Source of the DNA: Candidatus Pacearchaeota archaeon | GTDB taxonomy: Archaea; Nanobdellota; Nanobdellia; Pacearchaeales; GW2011-AR1 | Direction of reading: 5' to 3' | NCBI GenBank assembly: GCA_023144035.1 | Contig: JAGLGM010000001.1 | Location: 65,091 to 129,090 of the forward strand | Length of the DNA: 64,000 bases | Shown here: piece by piece, positions 46,199 through 56,133 of the stretch | Layout of the letters: the number at the start of each line of letters is the position of its first letter | How positions within the stretch are numbered: position 1 is the stretch's first letter | Program-made: the position numbers and the translations under genes | The notes under the pieces: generated by a model | Seen by the model: the letters and a program-made list of their open reading frames with translations, nothing else | Told to the model about the DNA's origin: nothing | Database searches by the model: none

Positions 46199-49100
46199 AT
46201 GCAAGAGGTAAAAGAGGAAATTCAAAAAAATCCTATCCCAGAAAAAAAAGAGAATTCTAAAACATCTAGTAATGAAAAACCTGATTTTGTAAAATGGTTT
46301 TCTGAATTAAATAAAGATTCTGGAAAATATGTAGGTGGAAAAGGAGCAAATTTAGCTGAAATATATAATTTAAAAATAGCAGTGCCTCCTGGATTTGTCG
46401 TGACTGCTCAAGCTTATGATTATTTTATTGATAAAGCAGGATTAGCAAATAAAATAAGTGAAATTCTCAGTAAAATAAATTATGAAGATACAAAACAATT
46501 AGATGAAAGTACAAAACAAATTAGAGAATTAATTGAAAATGCAAAGTTTCCAAAAGAAATGCAAGAAGAAATTCTTGAGTCATATAGTCATTTAGATGTT
46601 GAAGAAGAAGATTTTAGGCAAAGTGAATCAGTTATAGATATTTTAAAAACTTCAAGAGAACCTTTATTTGTTGCTGTAAGAAGCAGTGCTACAGCAGAAG
46701 ATCTTCCAGATGCTAGTTTTGCAGGACAACAAGATTCTTTTGTAAATATAAAAGGAAATGATAATTTAATGCTTCACATAAAAAAATGTTTTGCTTCTTT
46801 ATACACTTCAAGAGCAACATATTATAGAAACAAAAAAAATTTCAAACATGAAGATGTTAGTTTAGCAGTAATAATTCAAAAAATGGTTGATTCTGTTAAA
46901 TCAGGAGTAATCTTTTCAAAAGACCCTACTCATAAAAAGGACAATGTTATTATAGAAGCTGTTTGGGGATTAGGAGAAGGAATAGTTTCTGGCGCAATTA
47001 CTCCAGACAAACACATAGTTTCACAAAAATTAGAAATTATTGATACAAAATTAGCTAATAAAAAAATAGCAATAACAAGAGATGCAGGAGGGAAAAAAGT
47101 AACTGTTAAACTTAGAGAAGAAAAAGCTCAACAACAAGTTCTAAAAGAATATGAAATAAAAAAATTAGCTGAAACAGCTTTAAAACTAGAAAAACATTAT
47201 CAAAAACCTCAAGACATTGAATTTGCAATTGAAGGTGAAGATATAATGATTGTTCAAACACGTCCAATAACAACAATTGAATCAAGAGTAGAAAAAGGAA
47301 CAGAACTAAAAGGAGAAGCAATTCTTTCAGGATTAGCTGCTTCACCTGGAATTGGTGTTGGAAAAGTAAAAATAATAGAAGATTTAGCAGACCTCTCTAA
47401 ATTAGTTCAAGGAGATGTTTTAGTAACAGGTATGACAAATCCAGACATGGTTGTTGCAATGCAAAAATCAGCTGCAATAGTTACAGATGAAGGAGGTTTA
47501 ACAGCTCATGCTGCAATTGTATCAAGAGAAATGGGAATTCCATGCATTGTAGGAACACAAGAAGCAACTACTAAATTAAAAGAAGGAGAAATAATCACAG
47601 TAGACGGTACAAATGGAAAAGTATACAAAGGAAAAGTTGCAGAAGCAAAACAAAAAGAAGTATTACCTGTAACAGCTCAAACAAAAACAGAAATAAAAGT
47701 TATGGTTGATTTACCAAGTTTTGCAGAACGTGCATTTAAATCTGGATTAAAAAAAGTAGGTTTAACAAGAATGGAAGGAATAATTGCAGAATCTGGAAAG
47801 CACCCTCAATATTTTTTAGAACAAAATAAAATACAAGATTATGAAGAAGTAATTTTTAAAGGTATTCAAGGCATTTCAAAATATTTTGAAGAACTATGGA
47901 TTAGAACTTCTGATATTAGAAGTGATGAATTTCAAAACTTAGAAGGAGCTCCAAAAATTAAAGAAGCAAACCCTATGTTAGGAATGCATGGAATTAGATA
48001 TGGTTTAAAAAATCCAGAAATATTAAAAGCAGAATTAAAAGCTCTAAAAAGAGTTGCAGAGCAAGGAAAAACAATTGGTTTATTACTTCCACAAATAATT
48101 TCAGTAGATGAAGTAAAAAAAGTTAAAGAATTTTTAAAAGAAATAGATTTTCAAAAAGCAAAAATCGGAATAATGGTTGAAACTCCTGCTGCAGTACAAA
48201 TAATAAATGATTTATGTACAGAAGGAATTGATTTTATTTCCTTTGGAACAAATGATTTAACACAATATCTTTTAGCAGTTGATAGAGGAAACGAGCAAGT
48301 TCAATATATTTACAATGAATTAAATCCTGCAATTTTATATCAATTAGAATTTGTAATAAGAGTTTGTAAAAGAAATAAAGTTCAAACAAGTATTTGTGGA
48401 CAAGCAGGAAGTAAAAAAGAAATGGTTAAATTCTTAGTTGAAAGAGGAATTGATAGTATAAGTGTAAATGCAGATGTAGCAAAAGAAATTTCAGAATATA
48501 TTGTAGAAATTGAAAAAACACAAATTAAAGGAACAGATAAAGAGCCAAGACAATATGAATTAAAAAAAGAAGAAGCTCAAGATTCAGCAAACATAGTTGC
48601 TTCACCTAAAGAGCCAAGACAATATCAACCTGAAAAGAAAATTATTCAAGATAAAAATAATACTGGTAATAAGATGTTAGTTAATAAAAATAATAATCTA
48701 AAATCTGCTGAAAATAGTACTAATAGTAAAAGTAATTTAGTGGAAGGTAGCTCTGAAGAATTTGTAAAACCTCAAAAAGTAGAAGAACCTATTCAAGAAA
48801 CTTCTAAGCCTATTGAACCTATTCCTGAACCTGAAACAACACCTATTGAACAAGAAAAACAAGAATATGAGAAAAACCTTGAAAATAAAGAAATTAAAGA
48901 AAGCCCTAAAGAAGAACTAAAAGAGGAAACCAAAGAAGAACCTCCTACAATACCTGGAATTCAAAATTTATCAAAAGAAGATGTGGAAAAAGATATTCAA
49001 GCAATTGAACAAGAAAAACAAGAATATCTTAAAGAACACCCGGAGGAAAAGGAAAAAGAGGGAGAAACTGAAGAAAAGGAAGAAGAAGAAAAAGAGGAAG

Positions 49101-49225
49101 AAAAATTATCTGAAGACAATAATCAAGAAAAAGAAAATAAAGAAGAATTTGATCATGAACCTGAATTTAAAGACGAAAAAGAAATAAATAAAAAAGAAGA
49201 GGATAAAACTTTAGATATTTTCTAA
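46199..49225 (+). CDS. ppsA: Phosphoenolpyruvate synthase (pyruvate, water dikinase) with ~250-aa low-complexity charged C-terminal extension
   Basis: 1008 aa. PPDK_N ATP-grasp (GGKGANLAE). Phosphohistidine domain (GGLTAHAAIVSREMGIPCIVG). PEP-utilising TIM barrel. Followed by an E/K-rich tail with duplicated KEPRQY(E/Q) segments. Confidence 0.85.
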   Translation: MQEVKEEIQKNPIPEKKENSKTSSNEKPDFVKWFSELNKDSGKYVGGKGANLAEIYNLKIAVPPGFVVTAQAYDYFIDKAGLANKISEILSKINYEDTKQLDESTKQIRELIENAKFPKEMQEEILESYSHLDVEEEDFRQSESVIDILKTSREPLFVAVRSSATAEDLPDASFAGQQDSFVNIKGNDNLMLHIKKCFASLYTSRATYYRNKKNFKHEDVSLAVIIQKMVDSVKSGVIFSKDPTHKKDNVIIEAVWGLGEGIVSGAITPDKHIVSQKLEIIDTKLANKKIAITRDAGGKKVTVKLREEKAQQQVLKEYEIKKLAETALKLEKHYQKPQDIEFAIEGEDIMIVQTRPITTIESRVEKGTELKGEAILSGLAASPGIGVGKVKIIEDLADLSKLVQGDVLVTGMTNPDMVVAMQKSAAIVTDEGGLTAHAAIVSREMGIPCIVGTQEATTKLKEGEIITVDGTNGKVYKGKVAEAKQKEVLPVTAQTKTEIKVMVDLPSFAERAFKSGLKKVGLTRMEGIIAESGKHPQYFLEQNKIQDYEEVIFKGIQGISKYFEELWIRTSDIRSDEFQNLEGAPKIKEANPMLGMHGIRYGLKNPEILKAELKALKRVAEQGKTIGLLLPQIISVDEVKKVKEFLKEIDFQKAKIGIMVETPAAVQIINDLCTEGIDFISFGTNDLTQYLLAVDRGNEQVQYIYNELNPAILYQLEFVIRVCKRNKVQTSICGQAGSKKEMVKFLVERGIDSISVNADVAKEISEYIVEIEKTQIKGTDKEPRQYELKKEEAQDSANIVASPKEPRQYQPEKKIIQDKNNTGNKMLVNKNNNLKSAENSTNSKSNLVEGSSEEFVKPQKVEEPIQETSKPIEPIPEPETTPIEQEKQEYEKNLENKEIKESPKEELKEETKEEPPTIPGIQNLSKEDVEKDIQAIEQEKQEYLKEHPEEKEKEGETEEKEEEEKEEEKLSEDNNQEKENKEEFDHEPEFKDEKEINKKEEDKTLDIF

Positions 49226-49257
49226 ATATTTATAAATCATAAAAGCTTGTTAAAAAC

Positions 49258-49941
49258 ATGGTGAAAAAAAAGGTGAAAAAAAAGACTCCTGTAAAAGTTG
49301 TTAAAAAGACAGTTACAACTACTACAACTACAACTCCTCATAAAAAGGCTACAACTAAACACAAGAAAAAAACTACAAAAAAAAGAAAGCCTACAATAAA
49401 AAAACCAAAAATTCCAAAAGATGATGCTAAATTAGAAAAAGTATTAATTGAGAATTTTGTAGGTTTACAAAAAGTGATGGTAAATTTATCTGTAAAATTT
49501 GATGACCTTTCAACTAAAATAGCTAAATTATTAGAATTATTTGAGATTTCTGCAAAAGCTTTAGCTGAAAAAGATTTAACAATTGAAAAAACTGCGAGAG
49601 ATGATACAAAAATTATTAAAAAAATAGATAATCTTTATGAACAAAATAGAGTAGTTGCAAGAGGTCTAACTTTAATGCACGATAGATTATCCGAAGAACC
49701 AGAAGAAAAAATTATGGAAAGAGATAATATGTCTTTTGCAAAGCCTCCAATGCAACAAATGCCTCCACAAATGCAACCTCCCATGCAAAGACCTCCTCAA
49801 CAAACTATGCGAAGACCTCCTCAACAAACTATGCAAAAACCAGCAACTGAACAAGACAAAACAATTACACAAAATAAAACTCCTATAGAAGGTTATCAAA
49901 AATCAATTGCTTCTGAACCCTTTAAAAAACTTCCAACATAG
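49258..49941 (+). CDS. Low-complexity protein (Lys/Thr-rich N-terminus, Pro/Gln-rich C-terminus)
   Basis: 227 aa. KKKVKKKTPVKVVKK...TTTTTTT and PPMQQMPPQMQPPMQRPPQQTMRRPPQQTMQKP. Confidence 0.4.
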   Translation: MVKKKVKKKTPVKVVKKTVTTTTTTTPHKKATTKHKKKTTKKRKPTIKKPKIPKDDAKLEKVLIENFVGLQKVMVNLSVKFDDLSTKIAKLLELFEISAKALAEKDLTIEKTARDDTKIIKKIDNLYEQNRVVARGLTLMHDRLSEEPEEKIMERDNMSFAKPPMQQMPPQMQPPMQRPPQQTMRRPPQQTMQKPATEQDKTITQNKTPIEGYQKSIASEPFKKLPT

Positions 49942-49943
49942 AA

Positions 49944-50594
49944 ATGTTAAAACAAACTTCTAGAGAATTTAGAAAACTATTTTTATTAAAATTTACAAAA
50001 CAATTAATTGATGCTCATGCTCCTGAAGATATTGCTAAATTAGAAAGAATTCTAAAAAAAGAAAATAAAGAAGGAACAATAATTCAAAAAAAATCAAGAG
50101 AACTTGTAAAAGAAATAATTCATGAAAAAGAAAAGGAATTAGAATTCTTACAAAAAACTCCTTTAAAACAAAGAAAACCTAATTTTAAAAAAAATTTAAA
50201 TTCTTTAAGAAAAAAACCTATTTTAAGAATTCCAAGAACAAGACTACCTCAAACTTTCCAATATCTTAAACCAACCCCTACAGCTAATGAAATAGATTTA
50301 GGTAAATTAAATATTTTTATCCAAGATCCTTTAATAAAAGTTATTGAATGTCATGGTCCTGATGAAAACATAATGGTACATGGTTCAATGGGAACAAAAC
50401 CAACAAACCTTTTATTAAAAAAAGAGGAAATTGATGAAATAATTAAAAAATTTTCAGAAGCAACAAAAATCCCTCAGAATGAAGGAATCTTTAAAGCTGT
50501 TGTTGGAAAATTAATTTTATCAGCTATAATTTCTGAAACAATTGGTTCTAAATTTGTAATAAGAAAAATGATGTATGGTCCAAAATACTATTGA
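49944..50594 (+). CDS. Hypothetical protein
   Basis: 216 aa. Weak resemblance of NIFIQDPLIKVIECHGPDENIMVHG to the N-terminal domain of secretion ATPases, but no Walker motifs. Confidence 0.35.
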   Translation: MLKQTSREFRKLFLLKFTKQLIDAHAPEDIAKLERILKKENKEGTIIQKKSRELVKEIIHEKEKELEFLQKTPLKQRKPNFKKNLNSLRKKPILRIPRTRLPQTFQYLKPTPTANEIDLGKLNIFIQDPLIKVIECHGPDENIMVHGSMGTKPTNLLLKKEEIDEIIKKFSEATKIPQNEGIFKAVVGKLILSAIISETIGSKFVIRKMMYGPKYY

Positions 50595-52069
50595 GAAAAA
50601 TTAGTAGAAAATTCAACAATATTTTTTTCTTCAGGTACTTTTTCTTTCTTTAAAAGAGAAGCTGCAATATCTTTTAACCATTTTGTTCTATCTGCTTCAA
50701 TTTGAATTTTAAGTGCTTCTGTAGTTTGAGGATATTCATAAGTATATTCTGTAGTATAACTAGGATCTTCCACAAGTTGAGAACCTATCTTTAATCTACC
50801 ATCTTCAACATCTTGCCTAATTGTATTAATATTAATAGAACCAAATTTCTTAAGTAAAATTGCTCTTTCTGATTTAGTTAAATTAACTCCTTCAGGGATT
50901 TTAATCTCTTGAGGAACTTCTACTTCTTCTTGAATTGGTTCTTGAATTGGTTCTCCTTGTATTTGAGCTCCTGAAGTTTTTCCTTCTTGTAAAATAGTTG
51001 TTAAAGAAATCAATTCTTCTTCAGAATAAATTAAACTTATTTTTAATTCTCCTTCACCTAATACTAAATTTAAATCTGATAAATCTATATTAAAATCTTT
51101 TGTATTATCTCCTAAATATTCTTCTCCAAAACCTTCTTCATTATCAAGATAATCTGTAGTGATAATTAATTCATTATTTTCTATTTTAATATCAAGAACA
51201 TTATCATTTATTTCTTCTAAATTTGTTTTAACACTTTTAGGTTTAATCTCTACTGTTTCATCTTCTTCTAAAGTGTATATAAAAGGATTATCTATTGAAA
51301 CTTGTCCTTCAATTTCTCTTTGTAATTCCATAATAACATTTCCTGTTCCAAGCCATCCAAAAAAAGAAGAGATAGTTCCACCTGTAATTATTGGTGTAGC
51401 TTCTTCAATAGGTTCTATAGATTCTCCTCCATCTTCAATTGTTTCTTCAAAAGATTCTTCTTCAATTGGTGATTCTTCGGGGTTTTGCAAAGAAGTGTCT
51501 CCTGCTTCTTCAGTTACTTCTTGAATTGGTTCTTCTAATTCTTCTGGTTCATCTATTCTTTCTTGACCTGAATAAATTTCTAATGTAAAATATACTGTTG
51601 GAGATATTTCTTTATCTCCACTTATTCCATAACCTTCACCAGTTCCAGAAATAGTTTTTCCTTCAACATAAAAATCTCCTTCAATTATTTCATCAAATAT
51701 AACTTCTGATAAAGGATATTCATATTTTTCTCCATTATTTTCTAATACAAGTTTTGAAGATGTTGGAATTAATTCTCCTTCTTTTAATAAAAGTTTTAAA
51801 ACACCATCAATTGCTTCTCCTTCTTTATAATCTATAGTAACATCAAAAGTAGCCTGACCTGAAATTCTTTTTTCTAAAAAAGACACTCCAAAAATAAGAA
51901 CTGCTAAAATCAACACTCCTAATCCAATCCAAAGAAATTTTTTAAAATCAATTTTTTTACTATGTGTTCCATGATATTCTGAAACAACTTTTCCACCTAT
52001 CCTTTTACTGTGATAGATATAAGGACCATAAACTTTCCCTCCTCTTTTAATATACTTTTTATAAGCCAT
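50588..52069 (-). CDS. N-terminally anchored acidic surface protein
   Basis: 493 aa. TM at FLWIGLGVLILAVLIFGVSFL. Strongly acidic (E/D/I-rich) ectodomain. Confidence 0.4.
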   Translation of the reverse strand: MAYKKYIKRGGKVYGPYIYHSKRIGGKVVSEYHGTHSKKIDFKKFLWIGLGVLILAVLIFGVSFLEKRISGQATFDVTIDYKEGEAIDGVLKLLLKEGELIPTSSKLVLENNGEKYEYPLSEVIFDEIIEGDFYVEGKTISGTGEGYGISGDKEISPTVYFTLEIYSGQERIDEPEELEEPIQEVTEEAGDTSLQNPEESPIEEESFEETIEDGGESIEPIEEATPIITGGTISSFFGWLGTGNVIMELQREIEGQVSIDNPFIYTLEEDETVEIKPKSVKTNLEEINDNVLDIKIENNELIITTDYLDNEEGFGEEYLGDNTKDFNIDLSDLNLVLGEGELKISLIYSEEELISLTTILQEGKTSGAQIQGEPIQEPIQEEVEVPQEIKIPEGVNLTKSERAILLKKFGSININTIRQDVEDGRLKIGSQLVEDPSYTTEYTYEYPQTTEALKIQIEADRTKWLKDIAASLLKKEKVPEEKNIVEFSTNFSQ

Positions 52070-52121
52070 CTTGTAAGTAACTAATAATTAAAATAAAAAG
52101 CTATATTTAAATGTTATTAAA

Positions 52122-53189
52122 TTAAGCACCAACAGGTAATGCGTTTGTACAATCACCAATCTGATCCCAGATTTCATAGGTATCTCCTATTTGTAAATTT
52201 TCTAAAGGTTGTTGTAAAAACATTTCAACAATTGCATTTTCATATACTGCTTCGTCATAAGAATATCCTACAATTAAATAACATTCAGTATCATATCCTG
52301 AAAAAGCAACTGAATATCCATAATAAATACTATCTGTTTTTGTCAGTTCAGCATCATCAAAATAAATTCCTGCTCCAGGAGGCCAAACATTATCAATTAA
52401 TCCTCCTTCAACATAAGTTATTTCTGTACAAACATTCTCAACGCATTCCCAAGTAGCTTCAAATAATTCTGCGCAAGTTCCTTCAGCCACAATACTACAA
52501 TTTACAGCTTCTCCACAATTATTTGTTACATTACCACAATTAAATCCTGTACAAGTCACTGCTGGATCTTCTGCAACACAAGTATCATCATAACACATAT
52601 TATCTTCCCCACAACTAAAACCAACATTACAATCTCCACAACTACCACTACAACCATCGTCTCCACAATCTAATCCCTCACATTCTGGTGTACAAGAAGG
52701 ATCTCCTCCAGGATCACCTACATAGCCTTCATCTCCAGTTCCTAAATCTCCTGAATCAGAAGTTGTAGTATCAATTATCCCTCCAATGGTTTCAGTTCCA
52801 GATGAGACTTCAAATATTGGTGCAATTGAAATACTTGTAATTTCACCAACAGCTAAAGTAGTTAAATCAAATGTAAATGTTTCAAAACCTAATTCAGCCA
52901 AGGTAGTATCTTTTCTCACAACAACTGAATTATCTCCATCACTAATAACAAAATTTATTCCAACTAAATCTCCTTCTCCTGCATTTCGTTTAACAGTAAC
53001 ACTTAGAATATCACCATCAACAGTTACTTTTGTTATATCTAAATCAAGAGTTAATCCTGTTAAAGTTATTTCATCACTTCCTTTATCAATTATATTTTTA
53101 ACAACAACCCATACAATACCAATTGCCACAATTGCTAAAAGAATTATTATTAAAGTGGTTACAACCGCAGACATACCTCTCTTTTTCAT
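52122..53189 (-). CDS. Archaeal type IV pilin-like protein (class III signal peptide) with Cys-rich C-terminal domain
   Basis: 355 aa. KRGMSAVVTTLIIILLAIVAIGIV matches the archaeal prepilin/DUF361 N-terminus. Cys-rich CTPECEGLDCGDDGCSGSCGDC block. Confidence 0.65.
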   Translation of the reverse strand: MKKRGMSAVVTTLIIILLAIVAIGIVWVVVKNIIDKGSDEITLTGLTLDLDITKVTVDGDILSVTVKRNAGEGDLVGINFVISDGDNSVVVRKDTTLAELGFETFTFDLTTLAVGEITSISIAPIFEVSSGTETIGGIIDTTTSDSGDLGTGDEGYVGDPGGDPSCTPECEGLDCGDDGCSGSCGDCNVGFSCGEDNMCYDDTCVAEDPAVTCTGFNCGNVTNNCGEAVNCSIVAEGTCAELFEATWECVENVCTEITYVEGGLIDNVWPPGAGIYFDDAELTKTDSIYYGYSVAFSGYDTECYLIVGYSYDEAVYENAIVEMFLQQPLENLQIGDTYEIWDQIGDCTNALPVGA

Positions 53190-53247
53190 AGATTAAAAAA
53201 TAAAAACAAGTTTATAAACATTTTCAAAAATTAAAAAATTTACTAAA

Positions 53248-53526
53248 TTATTGAGTTGGTTGAGCTGGTTGAATTTGTCTAATTTCACCTACTAAAAGCA
53301 AAACTTGATCTTCACTTAGAGGTATTTCAGCTTGACCAGTTTGTTGAATTTGGGTCAAGATGTTATTTAAAAGTTCAGCTTGTGCTTGTTGATATCCTTC
53401 TGCATAATTTTCAAATGCATACCCTGTAACAGCAGGTCTTATTGCAAATGCATAAAGAACAACTAAAGCAAGAAGTGCAATAACCAAAACCAAAATTCTC
53501 ACAGTTAATTTATTTTTGTCAGCCAT
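53248..53526 (-). CDS. Small membrane protein (possible minor pilin/accessory)
   Basis: 92 aa. N-terminal hydrophobic helix. Gln-rich. Local GC above the surroundings. Confidence 0.35.
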   Translation of the reverse strand: MADKNKLTVRILVLVIALLALVVLYAFAIRPAVTGYAFENYAEGYQQAQAELLNNILTQIQQTGQAEIPLSEDQVLLLVGEIRQIQPAQPTQ

Positions 53527-53657
53527 GATTTGTTTAAATTAATAGTCTTTATAAATTTTGTGGAAATTTTACGCATGATTATTTTAATCACCTTACAGAG
53601 ACTTTCTTTAAAAAAACATTCGGTTATATTTAAAAACCAAAGATTATTCTAAAAATT

Positions 53658-53981
53658 ATGAATAAAATAAATAAAGAAAAAATAGAAAAAAACTCGCAGA
53701 ACATAGTCACTTCGCTTAAAGAAAAAGTAGAAAAATATTTTAAATTAACTTCAACAGCTTTAGAAAAAGTAAAAAACTCAATAATTCAAGGAAAAGAAAA
53801 TCATGCAAAAGAAATAATAGACATGGTTTCAAATTATCTTTCAGATGCTAAACATTTTGAAAAAAAAGGAGACCTTGTAAATGCATTTGCTGCTTTAAAT
53901 TATGCACATGGTTGGCTTGACTCAGGAGTTAGATTAGATATATTTGAAACAGATGATGATAAGTTGTTTACAATTAAATAA
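53658..53981 (+). CDS. DUF357-family archaeal protein
   Basis: 107 aa. SNYLSDAKHFEKKGDLVNAFAALNYAHGWLDSGVRL matches the DUF357 conserved core. Confidence 0.5.
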   Translation: MNKINKEKIEKNSQNIVTSLKEKVEKYFKLTSTALEKVKNSIIQGKENHAKEIIDMVSNYLSDAKHFEKKGDLVNAFAALNYAHGWLDSGVRLDIFETDDDKLFTIK

Positions 53982-54035
53982 AATTATATTTTAAACCCCA
54001 TAAATTCTTTTAAACACTATCTTAATAATAAAGCA

Positions 54036-54338
54036 ATGCCTTGTGATAATTTTGAAATAAATGAGTCTGGAAAAATAACTATGAATAATGTTAATGATTT
54101 AGGTAATTTAACACTTTCAAATGAAAATTTGAGTATTTCAGAACTTTTAGGTGAAAAATATATTCTAAATAAAGAATCTATTATTAGTTTAGAGAATTAT
54201 ACAGAACAAAATTTAGAAAAGAACCCTATATACTTTTTAGTTGGAGAAAATAAAAAAGCAAAGTATGGACTTGCCTCAAGAATAACTGATTTAGATAAGT
54301 TAAATGAAATTGTTAGAGAATTTAAAAATAATCCTTAA
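54036..54338 (+). CDS. Hypothetical protein
   Basis: 100 aa. No family recognised. Confidence 0.3.
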   Translation: MPCDNFEINESGKITMNNVNDLGNLTLSNENLSISELLGEKYILNKESIISLENYTEQNLEKNPIYFLVGENKKAKYGLASRITDLDKLNEIVREFKNNP

Positions 54339-54844
54339 AAATAATCTACAAATGTTTCTTCTTCATTAACTTCTTTACCTTTATGTTTAATCACTCCAAT
54401 AAAATTTCTACCATCTTTTAACCATTCATACATTTTCTTATCTCCTGGATTTGAAGGTACTTCATTAACTTTGTTTAAAGAAATTGTTCTAGGTTTTCCT
54501 TCATCACTTTCTTTAGGTTCTCCTTTAAACTTTTTAGCAGAATAAATATACACATAAAAATTATCTGGATTTTTCCAATTACTAAATGTTCTTCCTTCAT
54601 TATCAAATAAAATTACTCCTTTTAAGATAGGATTAATTGGTTCAATTCCTGTTTCATCTATTGTTTCTCTTATACTAGATTCTACTCTTCCCTTGGGATT
54701 CTTCAAACCCTTCTCATCTTTTTCTAATTTTCCTCCTGGAAGAGTAAAATTCCCAGAATTAGTATCATCTTTCCTCTCATGTTTCTCTATCATTAGAACA
54801 TTTCCTTTTTTAGAAGTTAAATAGAGCATTGTCCCATATTTCAT
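54335..54844 (-). CDS. Nudix hydrolase
   Basis: 169 aa. Nudix box PGGKLE...ESSIRETIDETGI (Gx5Ex7REUxEExGU). Confidence 0.65.
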   Translation of the reverse strand: MKYGTMLYLTSKKGNVLMIEKHERKDDTNSGNFTLPGGKLEKDEKGLKNPKGRVESSIRETIDETGIEPINPILKGVILFDNEGRTFSNWKNPDNFYVYIYSAKKFKGEPKESDEGKPRTISLNKVNEVPSNPGDKKMYEWLKDGRNFIGVIKHKGKEVNEEETFVDYF

Positions 54845-54894
54845 ATAAAAAGCATTTCAAAAAAGTATAAAAAGATTATTTCTCTCTAAAATAT

Positions 54895-55584
54895 ATGAAG
54901 AAAAAGGTGATTGTGTTAAGTCTAGGTGGAAGTTTAATTATTCCTGATAAAGTAGACCTAAAATATCTCAAAGAATTTAAAAAAACAATTTTAAAAAATA
55001 CAAAAAAATACAAATTTATTGTGGCTTGTGGAGGAGGAAGTGTTGCAAGAAAGTATATTACTGCTTTAAGAGAAATAGGTATGGACCAAAGATTCCAAAG
55101 TTTCTCTGGAATTGGTGCTACAAGAATGAATGCAAGATTCATGAATTATTTCTTTAAAATAGATCCTGAAAAAGGTATTCCTCGTTCAAAAAGTACTTTG
55201 AAAAAATATCTTAAAAAAAGAGATGTTATTTTCTGTGGAGCATTAGATTATAAACCAAATCAAACTTCTGATTCAACTGCTGCACAACTTGCAAGAAGTT
55301 ATAAAACAATTTTTATAAATTTAACAAATGTAAAAGGTCTTTATGATAAAGATCCTTCAAAATATAAAAATGCTAAATTTACTAAGAAAATCTCTTGGAA
55401 AGATTTCAATAAAAAAGCAAATGAAAGCAAATACCAACCAGGGCAACATTTTGTATTAGACCAAACAGCTTCAAAAATAATTTTAGAATCAGAAATTCCC
55501 ACATATATAATTGGAAAAGATATGAAACAACTAGATAATGTTCTAAAAAATAAAGACTTTAAAGGAACTTTAATCAAGGGATAA
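54895..55584 (+). CDS. pyrH: UMP kinase (archaeal PyrH, amino-acid-kinase fold)
   Basis: 229 aa. VIVLSLGGSLI...VACGGGSVARKYI...GIGATRMNARFM. Confidence 0.7.
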   Translation: MKKKVIVLSLGGSLIIPDKVDLKYLKEFKKTILKNTKKYKFIVACGGGSVARKYITALREIGMDQRFQSFSGIGATRMNARFMNYFFKIDPEKGIPRSKSTLKKYLKKRDVIFCGALDYKPNQTSDSTAAQLARSYKTIFINLTNVKGLYDKDPSKYKNAKFTKKISWKDFNKKANESKYQPGQHFVLDQTASKIILESEIPTYIIGKDMKQLDNVLKNKDFKGTLIKG

Positions 55585-55585
55585 T

Positions 55586-56056
55586 ATGAAAAACATAATC
55601 CTAATACAAGATATTGATTTTAATAAGATAAGAAAAAAAATAAAAGAAAATCCAAAAAAAACAATAATTTTCTCTAGCAATAATGATGAATTAAATCGAA
55701 AAATTATTGAAAAAGAAAATATAAATATTTTACTTCTAAACCAAATTCAAAGAAAAGATAGATTTAAACAAAGAGATTCTGGATTAAATCAAGTTCTTAC
55801 AAAATTAATAAAAAAGAAAAATATCACAATAGGAATAAATTTAGATGAAATTATAGAAACCCAAGGAACAAAGAAAAAAAATATTTTAGCTAGAATAAAA
55901 CAAAATATAAAACTTTGCAACAAACACCACATAAAAATGGAATTTATTGCTTTAAAAGAAAAAAATAAAAGAGATATATATGATTTAAAAGCATTAGGTT
56001 TAATTCTTGGAATGCCTACTTGGATGACAAGTTCATTAAGTAGCGACAAACTATAA
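55586..56056 (+). CDS. Hypothetical protein (weak resemblance to RNase P Rpp30-like PHP fold)
   Basis: 156 aa. 1-nt spacing after pyrH. Family uncertain. Confidence 0.3.
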   Translation: MKNIILIQDIDFNKIRKKIKENPKKTIIFSSNNDELNRKIIEKENINILLLNQIQRKDRFKQRDSGLNQVLTKLIKKKNITIGINLDEIIETQGTKKKNILARIKQNIKLCNKHHIKMEFIALKEKNKRDIYDLKALGLILGMPTWMTSSLSSDKL

Positions 56057-56133
56057 AAACTTCAATAACGATTCTTCAATAGTTAAATTGCAAAATTGGG
56101 AAGTTTTTTTAATGCAATTTCATTTAAATTAAA

